Shown here piece after piece: positions 37,341 to 46,720 of a stretch of 64,000 bases of DNA (the first letter of the stretch is position 1; each line of letters starts with the position of its first letter). The notes below the pieces were generated by a model that was given only the letters and a program-made list of their open reading frames with translations, was not told the DNA's origin and ran no database searches. The position numbers were made by a program, and so were the translations under genes. The DNA comes from Alphaproteobacteria bacterium (GTDB taxonomy: Bacteria > Pseudomonadota > Alphaproteobacteria > Rhodospirillales > Rhodospirillaceae): the NCBI GenBank assembly GCA_030604885.1, contig JAUVUZ010000013.1, positions 387 through 64,386 on the forward strand, in the 5' to 3' direction.

Positions 37341-37763
37341 ATGAACCCCCGCATCACCCTCGTCACCCTCGGCGTCGATGACCTTGAGCGCGCCGTGCGG
37401 TTCTATCGCGACGGCCTCGGCCTCGCCACGGCGGGAATCGTCGGCGCCGACATTCCCTTCGGCGCGGTGGCGTTCTTCGAGCTGGCGGGCGGGCTGCGGC
37501 TGGCGCTCTGGCCGCGCGCCAGCCTCGCCCACGACACCGGCCTGCCCGCCGGGGGCGAGGCGCCCACCGCCTTCTGCCTCGCCCACAACGTCGCCTCCCG
37601 CGCGGCGGTGGACGCGGTGCTGGCGGAAGCCCTGAACGCGGGCGCGCGGCCGGTGAAGGCCGCCGCCGACACCGCCTGGGGCGGCTACGCCGGATATTTC
37701 CAGGACCCGGACGGCCACCTGTGGGAGGTGGCGTGGAACCCGGACCTGCTGCCCCCGGCGTGA
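37341..37763 (+). CDS. VOC (glyoxalase/bleomycin-resistance/dioxygenase) family protein
   Basis: This is the 3' part of ORF 37239..37763, trimmed to the ATG at 37341 (GGGAGA upstream). The product is MNPRITLVTLGVDDLERAVRFYRDGLGL...GYFQDPDGHLWEVAWNP. Confidence 0.8.
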   Translation: MNPRITLVTLGVDDLERAVRFYRDGLGLATAGIVGADIPFGAVAFFELAGGLRLALWPRASLAHDTGLPAGGEAPTAFCLAHNVASRAAVDAVLAEALNAGARPVKAAADTAWGGYAGYFQDPDGHLWEVAWNPDLLPPA

Positions 37764-37764
37764 C

Positions 37765-39189
37765 TCACGCCGCCGCCTCGGTCATGCGCATGCAGCGCCG
37801 GAGCAGGCCGAGGCGGCGGCGGGCGCGCCAGCGCCGCAGCACCAGGGCGGCGACGCAGAACAGCCCGACCGCGAACCCGGCCCACACCCCGAGGCCGCCC
37901 ATGCCGCCCGCGAAGGCGAGCGCGATGCCCACCGGCGCGGCCAACAGCAGGTGGCCGACGAGGATGAACGCCATATGCACCCGCGCGTCCTTGAGGCCGC
38001 GCAGCGCCCCGGCGCCGACCATCTGCACGCAGTCCGCCACCTGGAACAGGGCGGCGAACAGCAGAAAGCGCGTGGCGAGATCGGCGATCGCCGCCGCGCC
38101 CGGGGCGTCGGCGTCGAGGAACGGCGCGATCAGCAGCCCCGGCGCGAACACCATCGCCGAAGCGGTGACGAGGGCGCAGGCGGCGGCGAGGGCGAGCGAC
38201 GCGTTCCCCGCCACGGTGACGCCGTTGTCGTCGCCCTTGCCCGCCCACAGGCCGACGCGGATCGTCGCCGCCTCGCTGAGGCCGAGCGGGATCATGAAGG
38301 CGAAGGCGCTCAACTGCATCACGACGGCGTGGGCGGCAAGGCTGGTGGCGCCGAAATGGCCGACGACGAAGGCGCCGCCGCCGAACAACAGCCCCTCCAT
38401 CGCCGAGGTCACGCCGATCGGCAGGCCGAGCCGCCACAGCTCGGCGAAGCGGGGCCAGTCGGCGCGCCAGAAGCGGCCGAACAGCGCATAGCGGCGGAAG
38501 CGCCGGTCGGTCATGCACACCAGCGCGAGGGCGCCGAACAGGAACAGGCTGGCGAGGAACGAGGCGACGCCCGACCCCACCAGCCCCATTTCCGGCGCGC
38601 CGAGGCGGCCGAACACCAGGGCGTAGTTGCCGAGCGCGTTGACGAGGATCCCGGCGGCGGTGACGACGAGGGTGACGCGCGGCCGGTTGAGGGTGAGGAC
38701 GAAGAACCGCAGCACCCAGAACCCCAGCAGCGGAAAGATCATCCACTTGATGATGCCGAGGTAGGCCGCCGCCTCCCGCGCCAGGTCCGCCTCCTGCCCG
38801 AACAGGCGGAAGATCGCCTCGCCGTGCCACAGCACCGCCACCGCCACCGCCGAATACGCCCACACCACCCACAGCGCCTGACGCACGGTGCGGCGGATGT
38901 CGCGCACCGTGTGCAGGCCGCGCCCGAGGGCGTTGGCCATCATCGGCGCCGAGGCCATGGCGAGGCCGAAGCCCACCGACATCAGCATGTGCATGAGGTT
39001 GGTGGCGAGCGCCGCGGCGGCCAGCGCATGGGGCGCGTAATGGCCGATGAACGCGGTGTCGGTGGCGAAGATCGCCATGTGGGTGAGGTTGCCGAGCACG
39101 ATCGGCCAGGCGAGGGCGAACACCGCGCGCGCCTCGGCACGCCAGCGGCGCGCGGGGGAAGCGAAGGCGGCGGAACGCGGGGCAGACAT
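37765..39189 (-). CDS. MATE family efflux transporter
   Basis: ORF 37765..39417, trimmed to the ATG at 39189. The product MSAPRSAAFASPARRWRAEARAVFALAWPIVLGNL... has 12 TM segments and is 474 aa. Confidence 0.8.
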   Translation of the reverse strand: MSAPRSAAFASPARRWRAEARAVFALAWPIVLGNLTHMAIFATDTAFIGHYAPHALAAAALATNLMHMLMSVGFGLAMASAPMMANALGRGLHTVRDIRRTVRQALWVVWAYSAVAVAVLWHGEAIFRLFGQEADLAREAAAYLGIIKWMIFPLLGFWVLRFFVLTLNRPRVTLVVTAAGILVNALGNYALVFGRLGAPEMGLVGSGVASFLASLFLFGALALVCMTDRRFRRYALFGRFWRADWPRFAELWRLGLPIGVTSAMEGLLFGGGAFVVGHFGATSLAAHAVVMQLSAFAFMIPLGLSEAATIRVGLWAGKGDDNGVTVAGNASLALAAACALVTASAMVFAPGLLIAPFLDADAPGAAAIADLATRFLLFAALFQVADCVQMVGAGALRGLKDARVHMAFILVGHLLLAAPVGIALAFAGGMGGLGVWAGFAVGLFCVAALVLRRWRARRRLGLLRRCMRMTEAAA

Positions 39190-39364
39190 GAAATACACTC
39201 CAAAAACGAAAAACCCGGCAGCGGAGGCTGACCGGGCGGACGGCGAAACCGTGAAAAGATCGAACGCTACCTCGGCCCTCGGCGGGCGGAGGCGGGGGTT
39301 CCCGCACCGGAAACGATGATGAAACGGGGCATGCGCATCGGCGGTCGAATCCGGCAGTGGGGAC

Positions 39365-39397
39365 GAAAAATCCGAACGGCGCATTCGCGCCGTCCGG
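39365..39397 (-). terminator. Intrinsic terminator of azlD
   Basis: The reverse strand reads ccggacggcgc-gaau-gcgccguucgg (11 bp, one G-U pair) followed by ATTTTTCG. Confidence 0.75.
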
Positions 39398-39439
39398 CAA
39401 GGCGGGGAGACTATCAACCCCCGGGCGGAAAGGCAAGCC

Positions 39440-39733
39440 TCAGAGGTGCCGCGTCAGCGCGGTGACCGCCACCGAGATCAGCACCGTCGGCAACAGCGGC
39501 AGGCGCGCGGCGGCCACCAGGGTAACGGCGATGGCGACCAGCTCGCGCGGGTCAGAGGAAACGAAGCGCGGCGCGATCACCGAAATCAGCACGCAGCCGG
39601 GCACCGCCTCCAGCACCCGGGTGGCGCGGCGCGACAGGGTGCGGTTGCGCAACGCGAGGAAGCCGACGGCGCGGGTGGAATAGGTGGCCGCCGCCATGCC
39701 GAGCACGGTGAGGAGGACGAGCGGGTCGATCAT
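39440..39733 (-). CDS. azlD: Branched-chain amino acid exporter small subunit AzlD
   Basis: This is the last 97 aa of the artefactual ORF 39440..43297, starting at the ATG at 39733 (MIDPLVLLTVLGMAAATYSTRAVGF...). It overlaps the azlC stop as ATGA. Confidence 0.75.
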   Translation of the reverse strand: MIDPLVLLTVLGMAAATYSTRAVGFLALRNRTLSRRATRVLEAVPGCVLISVIAPRFVSSDPRELVAIAVTLVAAARLPLLPTVLISVAVTALTRHL

Positions 39734-40449
39734 GACCGGCCCCCCAGCGCCCACGCCGCCGCGACGCCCGACACCGCGCCCACCAGCACGTACCAGCCGC
39801 CCGGCACCATCAGATAGGTGCTCCCCGCCGCCACCAGGCTCACCAGCCAGGGCTGGGCGGCGCGCACGCCGGTCCACATGCCGCGCAGCAGCACCAGGAA
39901 GATCGCCGCGAACGCCATGTCGAAGCCCCACGGGCGGAGATCGCCGACGGCGGGGCCGAACAGGGCGCCGAGGCCGGTGAACGCCACCCAGGTGCTCCAC
40001 ATCATCGCCGCCGCGCTCAAATAATAGGACAACGAGAACCCCAGCCCGGCGGCGCGGCGGCGGCGCGCGTCGGCGATGCCGAGCGCCCACGCCTCGTCGC
40101 ACATCAGATAGAGCGCGGGCAGCGCCCGGCGCAGCGGCAGGTGGGCGAGGAACGGCGCCAGCGCCGCCCCCATCAGCACATGGCGGGAGTTGACCAGCAG
40201 GGTCATCGCCACGATCAGCAGCACCGGCGGCGGCGAGGCCCACAGATCGACGGCGACGAACTCCGACCCGCCCGCGAAGTTGAGGCCGGTCATCAGCACC
40301 AGTTCCCCGGCGGCGAGGCCCTTCTGCGCCGCCTGCGCGCCCAGCACCAGCGCGATCGGCACGAAGCCGAGCAGCATCGGCAGGGTGTCGCGCGCGGCGC
40401 GGCGCCATTCGGAGGGGGCGGGAGACGCGGCGGCTTCGACGGCGGACAC
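39730..40449 (-). CDS. azlC: Branched-chain amino acid exporter AzlC family permease
   Basis: ORF 39730..40695, trimmed to the GTG at 40449 (AGGAG lies 8 nt upstream). It is 239 aa, polytopic, and has the motif ...NSRHVLMGAAL... Confidence 0.75.
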   Translation of the reverse strand: MSAVEAAASPAPSEWRRAARDTLPMLLGFVPIALVLGAQAAQKGLAAGELVLMTGLNFAGGSEFVAVDLWASPPPVLLIVAMTLLVNSRHVLMGAALAPFLAHLPLRRALPALYLMCDEAWALGIADARRRRAAGLGFSLSYYLSAAAMMWSTWVAFTGLGALFGPAVGDLRPWGFDMAFAAIFLVLLRGMWTGVRAAQPWLVSLVAAGSTYLMVPGGWYVLVGAVSGVAAAWALGGRS

Positions 40450-40609
40450 GGGATCGACTCCTGAAATCGTTGGGAAAGGGATGATAGCCAATCCCGGCGG
40501 CGCGGCGGCGGGCTTTATTGCCCCCGTGGCAATTCCGCTCGCCGTCACTGCGCGGCGAGCGCATTCGTGGCAGAGTATCGGAGCGTCTCTCTTTTCGCGG
40601 GAGGTTGTG

Positions 40610-43441
40610 GTGAAGCTGCGTTTTCCCCTGCACGTCCACATCTCGACGCTGTTCCTGACGCTGATCCTGCTGGCGGGCGGCCTGCTGGGCGGCATCGGCT
40701 ACCTCTCCACCCGCCATATTCTCGAAAGCTCCGCCGACGAGATCGGCCGCCGCGCCGCGCAGCAGATCGGCGCGCGCATCGAGGCCACCATCGCGCCGGT
40801 GGAAATGGCCATCGGCATCGCCACCCGCGGCCCGCTGGCGCTCGCCGCCACCCACGCCGAGCGCATGCGCGCCCTGCCCGCGATCCGCGAATCCCTCGCC
40901 CGTTCCGCCGCCGCCGCCGCGCTCTACGCCGGGTATGCCGACGGCGACTTCTTCATGGTCGGCAAGCTGCCGCGCACCGGCGCCCGTTCCGGTGCGCCGG
41001 AGGGGGCGGCCTATCTGGTGCAGAGCATCGACGTCAACGTCGCCGGGCGCACCGGGCGGCGGGTGTTCCTCGACGCCGACCTCGAGGTGCTGCGCGAGGA
41101 CGACGCCCCCGACTACGCCAGCACCTTCGACCCCCGCGCCCGCGACTGGTTCGCCCAGGCGCAGGAGTCCGCCCGGCCGATCCGCACCGCGCCTTACGTC
41201 TTCTTCTCCTCCGGCGAGGTGGGCATCACCCTCGCCGCGCGCTCCCCCGGCGGGCAGGCGGTGATCGGCGGCGACATCGTGCTGCGCACCCTGCGCGAAA
41301 CCCTGCGGGCGCAGAAGATTACCCCCGGCGCCGGTCTCGCGCTGGTGGACGGCGAAGGCCGACCGCTCGCCACCAGCGGCGACGACTCCGGGCCGCTGCG
41401 CGCCGCCGCGCCCCTGGAGGCCGAGCCTTCGCCGGTGCTGGCGGCGGCGATCGCCGGGCAGACCGAGGTGCGCGCGGGCGGCCGCACCTGGCGCGCCCAG
41501 GTTCTGCCGCTGCCCGCCCAGCCCGCCGGTCTGCGCCTGGTCTCGGCGGTGCCGGACGACGAACTCCTGGCCGACGCCTTCGCGCTGCGGCGCACCGCCG
41601 CCTGGATCACCGCCGCGATCGTGGTGCTGACGGTGTGCGCCGCCTGGGCCGCCGCCCACGCCGTCGCCCGGCCGCTGCGCCAACTGGCGGAGGAGACGGC
41701 GGCGATCCGCAACTTCGATTTCGAGCGGCCGACGCGGGTGCGCACCCGGGTGCGCGAAGTGTTCGACCTGGCGGTGACGGTGTCGGCGATGAAGCGCACC
41801 ATCCGCCGCTTCCTCCACATCAACGCGGTGGTAGCGGCGGAGGCGGATTTCGACCGCCTGCTGCCAACCCTGCTGGGCGAGACCCGCCGCATCGCCGGGG
41901 CCGACGCGGGCGTGCTCTACCTGGTGGACGGCGACGCCCTCACCCCCGCCGCCGCGAGCCGGGGGCTGGCGGCGCGGCCGCTGCCCGCCGAGCCGGGGCC
42001 GCCCCTGGGCGACGCCCTCGCCTCCGGCGAACCCCGCGTCGAAACCCTCGACGACGACGCCCGCGCCGCCCTCGGCCTCGGCGCGACGGCGCGCCACGCC
42101 CTGGCGGTGCCGCTGCGCAACCGCCAGCACGCCCTGGTCGGCGCGCTGCTGCTGCTGCGCACCGCGCCGTTCGCCGAAAGCCAGGTGGCGTTCGTGAGCG
42201 CCCTCTCGGGCGCCGCCACCAGCTCCCTCGAGGCGCGCGAGCTGCTGAAGGCGCAGCGCGAGATGTTCGAATCCCTGGTGCGGCTGCTGGCGGGCGCGAT
42301 CGACGCCAAAAGCCCCTACACCGGCGGCCACTGCGCGCGGGTGCCGGAGATCGCCAAGCGGCTGGCGCGCGCCGCCTGCGACGCCCGCTCCGGCCGCTTC
42401 GCCGATTACGCCCTCGACGCCGAGGGGTGGGAGGCGCTGCACGTGGCGGCGTGGCTGCACGACTGCGGCAAGGTGACCACCCCCGAATACGTGGTGGACA
42501 AGGCCACCAAGCTCGAAACCCTGCACGACCGCATCCACGAGGTGCGCACCCGCTTCGAGGTGCTGAAGCGCGACGCCGAGATCGCCCGGCTGAAGGCGGT
42601 GCTGGCGGGGGTCGACGCGGGCGAGGCGCAAGCCGCGCGCAACCGCGCCTGGGCCGACCTCGACGCCGACTTCGCGTTCGTGGCGGCGTGCAACATCGGC
42701 GGCGAATCCCTGGGCGACGCCGCAATCGCGCGGCTGCGGGAGATCGGCGCGCGCACCTGGACCCGCACCCTCGACGACCGCCTCGGCGTCTCCCCCGAGG
42801 AGGCCGCCCGCCACGCCGGGCCGCCGCCCGCGCTGCCCGCCACCGAGCCGCTGCTGGCCGACAAGCCGGAGCACCGGATTCCGCGCGGCCCGGCGGACCG
42901 GCTCGCCGCCGACGCGCGCTTCGGCTTCCACATGGCGGTGCCGGAGCTGCTCTACGACCGGGGCGAGCTGCACAACCTCACCGTCGCGCGCGGCACCCTG
43001 ACGGCCGAGGAGCGCTACAAGATCAACGACCACATCGTGCAGACCATCGCCATGCTCTCGGCGATCCCCTTCCCCCGCCACCTGCGCGCGGTGCCCGAGA
43101 TCGCGGGCGGCCACCACGAGAAGGTCGACGGCACCGGCTACCCCCGCCGCCTCACCGGCGCGGAGATGAGCGTGGAGGCGCGGATGATGGCGATCGCCGA
43201 CGTGTTCGAGGCGCTCACCGCCGCCGACCGCCCCTACAAGAGCGGCAAGCCGCTGTCGGAGGCGATGGCGATCCTGGCGCGGATGGTGGAGCGGCACGAG
43301 CTGGATGCCGACCTGTTCGAACTGTTCGTGGAGAGCGGCGCCTATGCCGATTACGCCCGCGCCTATCTGGCGCCCGGGCAGATCGACGCGGTGGACCTCG
43401 ACGCCTGCCGCGTCGCGGTGGCGGCGGCGCGCGCCGCCTGA
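40610..43441 (+). CDS. Membrane sensor with periplasmic Cache-like domain, HAMP, GAF and HD-GYP phosphohydrolase domain
   Basis: ORF 40190..43441, trimmed to the GTG at 40610 (GGGAGG lies 5 nt upstream). It has a TM segment, an extracytoplasmic region of about 280 aa, a second TM, a HAMP domain and a GAF-like region. The HD motif is AAWLHDCGKVTTP and the distal motif is GGHHEKVDGTGYPRRL. Confidence 0.8.
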   Translation: MKLRFPLHVHISTLFLTLILLAGGLLGGIGYLSTRHILESSADEIGRRAAQQIGARIEATIAPVEMAIGIATRGPLALAATHAERMRALPAIRESLARSAAAAALYAGYADGDFFMVGKLPRTGARSGAPEGAAYLVQSIDVNVAGRTGRRVFLDADLEVLREDDAPDYASTFDPRARDWFAQAQESARPIRTAPYVFFSSGEVGITLAARSPGGQAVIGGDIVLRTLRETLRAQKITPGAGLALVDGEGRPLATSGDDSGPLRAAAPLEAEPSPVLAAAIAGQTEVRAGGRTWRAQVLPLPAQPAGLRLVSAVPDDELLADAFALRRTAAWITAAIVVLTVCAAWAAAHAVARPLRQLAEETAAIRNFDFERPTRVRTRVREVFDLAVTVSAMKRTIRRFLHINAVVAAEADFDRLLPTLLGETRRIAGADAGVLYLVDGDALTPAAASRGLAARPLPAEPGPPLGDALASGEPRVETLDDDARAALGLGATARHALAVPLRNRQHALVGALLLLRTAPFAESQVAFVSALSGAATSSLEARELLKAQREMFESLVRLLAGAIDAKSPYTGGHCARVPEIAKRLARAACDARSGRFADYALDAEGWEALHVAAWLHDCGKVTTPEYVVDKATKLETLHDRIHEVRTRFEVLKRDAEIARLKAVLAGVDAGEAQAARNRAWADLDADFAFVAACNIGGESLGDAAIARLREIGARTWTRTLDDRLGVSPEEAARHAGPPPALPATEPLLADKPEHRIPRGPADRLAADARFGFHMAVPELLYDRGELHNLTVARGTLTAEERYKINDHIVQTIAMLSAIPFPRHLRAVPEIAGGHHEKVDGTGYPRRLTGAEMSVEARMMAIADVFEALTAADRPYKSGKPLSEAMAILARMVERHELDADLFELFVESGAYADYARAYLAPGQIDAVDLDACRVAVAAARAA

Positions 43442-43450
43442 AACATCAAC

Positions 43451-43474
43451 GGGGGTCCGCCGCGGCGGACCCCC
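43451..43474. terminator. Perfect 12-bp palindromic hairpin between the convergent HD-GYP and gntP-family genes
   Basis: The sequence is gggggtccgccg/cggcggaccccc with no loop spacer. It has only weak T-runs nearby. Confidence 0.4.
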
Positions 43475-43493
43475 GTACCGGTTTTCCGGCTCC

Positions 43494-44891
43494 CTAGCCG
43501 AAGATCGCGTTGGCGACCAGCAGCGCCACCAGCGAGGTGGCCCAGCCCAGGGTGGTGGGCACCGACCACACCAGCATCTGGTGCTTGGCGGTCTTGACCC
43601 CGAGAATGCGGTTGATCACCCAGAAGTAGCTGTCGTTGAAGTAGCCGCAGCACATCGAGCCGATCGCCGCCGCCTGGGCCGCGAACACCATGTCCACCCC
43701 CGGGATCGCCGCGAGGATCGGCGCCGAGATCGAGGCGCCGGTGATCATCGCCACCGTGCCCGACCCCTGGATCAGGCGCACCAGGGTGGCGATCACGAAC
43801 GGGATCAGGATCGCCGGCATCGGCAGGCTCGCCACCGAGTTGCCGATCACCGTGCCCGCGCCGGAATCGCGCAGCACCGCGCCGAGGGCGCCGCCCGCGC
43901 CGGTGACGAGCAGGATGATGCCCGCGCTCTCGACGCCCTTTTCGAGGTCGGCGATCACTTCGTCGCGGGGCTTGCGCGGCACCAGGGTGTAGACCGCCAG
44001 CAGCACGCCGATCGCCACCGCGATCACCGGGTTGCCGACGAAGCTCGCGATCTGCACGCCGAGGGACTTGGCCAGCGCCGCGTCGCCCGACGCCTTGACC
44101 ACGAAGGCGGAGACGGTGTTGAGCAGGATCAGCAGGATCGGCACCACGATCGGCGCCACCGAGATGCCGAGGGGCGGCAGGTCGGCCTCGCGCTTGGCCG
44201 CCGCGTCCTTGAACTCGCGGTAGGCGGCGGAGAGGTCCTCGCCGGTGTCGGTCCGGATCATCCCCTCGATCTTCGGCCCCATGCGCCGGGCGTAGGCGAC
44301 GATCACGAACATGCCGGGAACGGTGAGGATCACGCCCCACAGGATCATCAGCCCGACGTCGACGTTGTAGATGCCCGCGACGCCGAGCGGCCCGGGCGTG
44401 GGCGGCACCGCGTGGTGGGTGAGCATCAGCCCGCCCGCGAGGCAGATGCCGAGGGTCAGCACCGACTTGCCGGTGGTGCGGGCGAGCGCCTTGACCAGCG
44501 GCGACAGGATCACGAACGCGGAATCGCAGAAGATCGGGATCGAGACGACGTAGCCGGTGACCACCAGCGCCCAGTCCTCGCGCTTTTCGCCGAGCCAGCG
44601 GATCAGGGTGTAGGCCATGCGCTCGGCCGCGCCCGAAACCTCGAGGATGCGGCCCATCATCACGCCGAAGCCGATCACCAGGCCGATGGTGGAAAGCGTG
44701 GCGCCGAAGCCCTTGGTGATCGAGGCGATCACGTCGCCCGGCAGCATGCCGCCGATCAGACCGGCGATGGACGCGGCGATGACCAGCGCCACCACCGCGT
44801 GGACCTTGGTTTTGACGACCAGAAAAATCAGAATGAAAATGGCCAACGCAAGGCCGAATATCAACTGAAACTCCATGCCTGGCTGGGTCAT
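43494..44891 (-). CDS. GntP family permease (probable threonate/erythronate transporter)
   Basis: ORF 43494..44891 (465 aa, GAGGAGG upstream). It has GntP-type polytopic sequence and is the last gene of the tetronate operon. Confidence 0.8.
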   Translation of the reverse strand: MTQPGMEFQLIFGLALAIFILIFLVVKTKVHAVVALVIAASIAGLIGGMLPGDVIASITKGFGATLSTIGLVIGFGVMMGRILEVSGAAERMAYTLIRWLGEKREDWALVVTGYVVSIPIFCDSAFVILSPLVKALARTTGKSVLTLGICLAGGLMLTHHAVPPTPGPLGVAGIYNVDVGLMILWGVILTVPGMFVIVAYARRMGPKIEGMIRTDTGEDLSAAYREFKDAAAKREADLPPLGISVAPIVVPILLILLNTVSAFVVKASGDAALAKSLGVQIASFVGNPVIAVAIGVLLAVYTLVPRKPRDEVIADLEKGVESAGIILLVTGAGGALGAVLRDSGAGTVIGNSVASLPMPAILIPFVIATLVRLIQGSGTVAMITGASISAPILAAIPGVDMVFAAQAAAIGSMCCGYFNDSYFWVINRILGVKTAKHQMLVWSVPTTLGWATSLVALLVANAIFG

Positions 44892-44978
44892 GGACCGTCC
44901 TCCTCGTTCTATCGTTTTTGTTGCCCTACGTTTGGCTTAGACCCTCGCTCACAGTGCCGGTTTCTTGTGGTTGACCCT

Positions 44979-45938
44979 TCAGCCCCGCGCGTGCGCGAGG
45001 CCGTCCATGTATTGGCGCACGATGCCGTCGAAATCGGCGTCGGCGGCGAAGCCCAGCGCAAGCGGGCGGGAAACGTCGAAGGCGCCGGGCCAGCTGCACA
45101 CGATCGCCTTGATCCGCTCCACGTCGGTGAGCGCCACCCGCTCCCGCGCCGCCTTGCCGCCCAGGCGCTCCAGGCTGTCGAGCATCTCGGCGGCGGTGAC
45201 GGTGATGCCCGGCAGGTTGAGCACCGGGCGGCCGCCGAGGCGCTCCGCCGGGATCGCCCCGGCGCGCACCAGGTTGGCGACGGCGGCGTCGGGCGAGGAG
45301 ATCCACAGGCGGGTGTCGAGCGGCACCGGGCACTCCGACGCCTCGCCGTTGAGCGGCTCGCGGATGATGCCGGAGACGAACGACGACGCCGCCGAGTTGG
45401 GCTTGCCGGGCCGCACCGTGATCGTCGGCAGGCGGCAGACGACGCCGTCGACGAACCCCTTGCGGCCGTATTCGCACACCATCAGCTCGCCGATCGCCTT
45501 TTCCGCGCCGTAGGAGGACTGGGGCATCAGCACCATGTCCTCGGGCACCACCTCGGGCATCGGCCCGCCGAACACCGCGAGCGAACTGGTGAAGACGAAG
45601 CGCGGCGGCTTCGGCAGCTTGCGGCAGGCTTCGAGCAGCAGGCGCGTGGCGTCGACGTTGACCCGCATGCCGATGTCGAACTCGGCCTCCGACTGGCCGG
45701 AGAGCACCGCCGCCAGGTGGTAGACCACGTCCACGTCCGGCTCCACCGCCGCGGCGACGAAGGCGGCGTCGGCCACCGAGCCGACGCGGCTGGTGACGCG
45801 CGGGTCGTCCACCGGGCAGGGGGCCATGTCGGCGGCGACCACCGCGTCCACCCGGCCCATCGGCCCGTCGCCCGCCAGCAGCGCGCGGATCAGGCGGACG
45901 CCGAGAAACCCGGCGCCGCCGGTGACGAGAACTTTCAT
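44979..45938 (-). CDS. denD: D-erythronate dehydrogenase (NAD-dependent epimerase/dehydratase fold)
   Basis: This is the 3' part of ORF 44979..46268, trimmed to the ATG at 45938 (ATGA overlap with the deoR stop). The product is MKVLVTGGAGFLGVRLI... with a catalytic YxxxK (SSYGAEK). The function is assigned from the operon context with otnK, otnC and otnI. Confidence 0.7.
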   Translation of the reverse strand: MKVLVTGGAGFLGVRLIRALLAGDGPMGRVDAVVAADMAPCPVDDPRVTSRVGSVADAAFVAAAVEPDVDVVYHLAAVLSGQSEAEFDIGMRVNVDATRLLLEACRKLPKPPRFVFTSSLAVFGGPMPEVVPEDMVLMPQSSYGAEKAIGELMVCEYGRKGFVDGVVCRLPTITVRPGKPNSAASSFVSGIIREPLNGEASECPVPLDTRLWISSPDAAVANLVRAGAIPAERLGGRPVLNLPGITVTAAEMLDSLERLGGKAARERVALTDVERIKAIVCSWPGAFDVSRPLALGFAADADFDGIVRQYMDGLAHARG

Positions 45939-46720
45939 GGTTTCCTCCCTCCGTTGTCCCGCCCGGCGATGGTCACCGCGACGCCGAGGTGCTCGATGGC
46001 GGCAACCACGCTCGCCTCCAGACCCGCGTCGGTGATGACGGTGTCGAAGATGTCGAGCGGCAGGATGTTGAATGCGCCGACCACGCCGTATTTCGACGAA
46101 TCGGTGACGAACACCGCGCGGCGGGCGGTGCGCACCGCCGCGCGCTTGACCGGGCGCTTGGATTCCGACGGCGAGGTGATCCCCGCGATCGACCACGACG
46201 ACGCGGAGATGAAGGCGACGTCGAAATTGAAGCGCGCGATGGCGTCGGCGGTGGCGTCGCCGACGCACGACTGGTTGGCCCGCTCCACCAGCCCGCCGGT
46301 GTGATAGAGGGCGCAGCGGGAGTTGGCGGAGAGATAGGCGGCGATCACGAAGTCGTTGGTGACGACGGTGAGGTCGTGGCGCTCGGCGACGCCGTGGGCC
46401 ACCTGCAGAGTGGTGGTTCCGGCGTCGAGGTAGATCACCGCGCCGTCGCGCACCGTCGCGGCGGCGGCGCGGCCGATCGCCTGCTTGTCGGCGGCGCGGA
46501 TCTCGGCCTTGACGTGGTGCGACGGCTCGAACTCGATGCGCTCGGGCAGCTTCACCCCGCCCGAGACCGACATCACCCGGCCGCTTTCCTCGAGCTTCTG
46601 GATGTCGCGCCGCACCGTCATGTGCGACACGCCGAGCCGTTCGGTCAGCTCGGCGATGCTCATCACGTCGCGGTCGGCGAGGCAGCTCAGGATGAAGTGC
46701 TGCCGCTCCGCCGGTATCAT
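45935..46720 (-). CDS. DeoR family transcriptional regulator
   Basis: This is the 3' part of ORF 45935..47431, trimmed to the ATG at 46720 (ATGA overlap with the otnI stop). It has an HTH (SIAELTERLGVSHMTVRRDIQKLE) and a sugar-phosphate-binding C-terminal domain. Confidence 0.85.
   Translation of the reverse strand: MIPAERQHFILSCLADRDVMSIAELTERLGVSHMTVRRDIQKLEESGRVMSVSGGVKLPERIEFEPSHHVKAEIRAADKQAIGRAAAATVRDGAVIYLDAGTTTLQVAHGVAERHDLTVVTNDFVIAAYLSANSRCALYHTGGLVERANQSCVGDATADAIARFNFDVAFISASSWSIAGITSPSESKRPVKRAAVRTARRAVFVTDSSKYGVVGAFNILPLDIFDTVITDAGLEASVVAAIEHLGVAVTIAGRDNGGRKP

Noticed and set aside
36225-37763. Genomic island integrated at tRNA-Arg.
   Set aside because: No integrase, excisionase or mobility gene follows the tRNA. 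The repeat unit contains cttcgaaccc, which only loosely resembles the tRNA T-arm (ttcgaatccc). There is no convincing direct repeat of the tRNA 3' end.
39190-39364. Assignment of the MATE leader to a guanidine (ykkC family) or other known riboswitch class.
   Set aside because: I looked for GGUCCGAGAG / ACGGCGGGA (guanidine-I), paired ACGR loops (guanidine-II) and the ykkC-III core. Only a trivial CCCGGUCAG overlap was found. The leader is kept as an unclassified attenuator candidate.
39440-43297. 1285-aa minus-strand ORF spanning azlD to the HD-GYP gene.
   Set aside because: Only its last 97 codons (azlD) look like a real protein. The rest is antisense to the HD-GYP sensor and is low-complexity Arg/Gly/Ala/Pro sequence. 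The frame stays open because stop codons are rare at this GC content.
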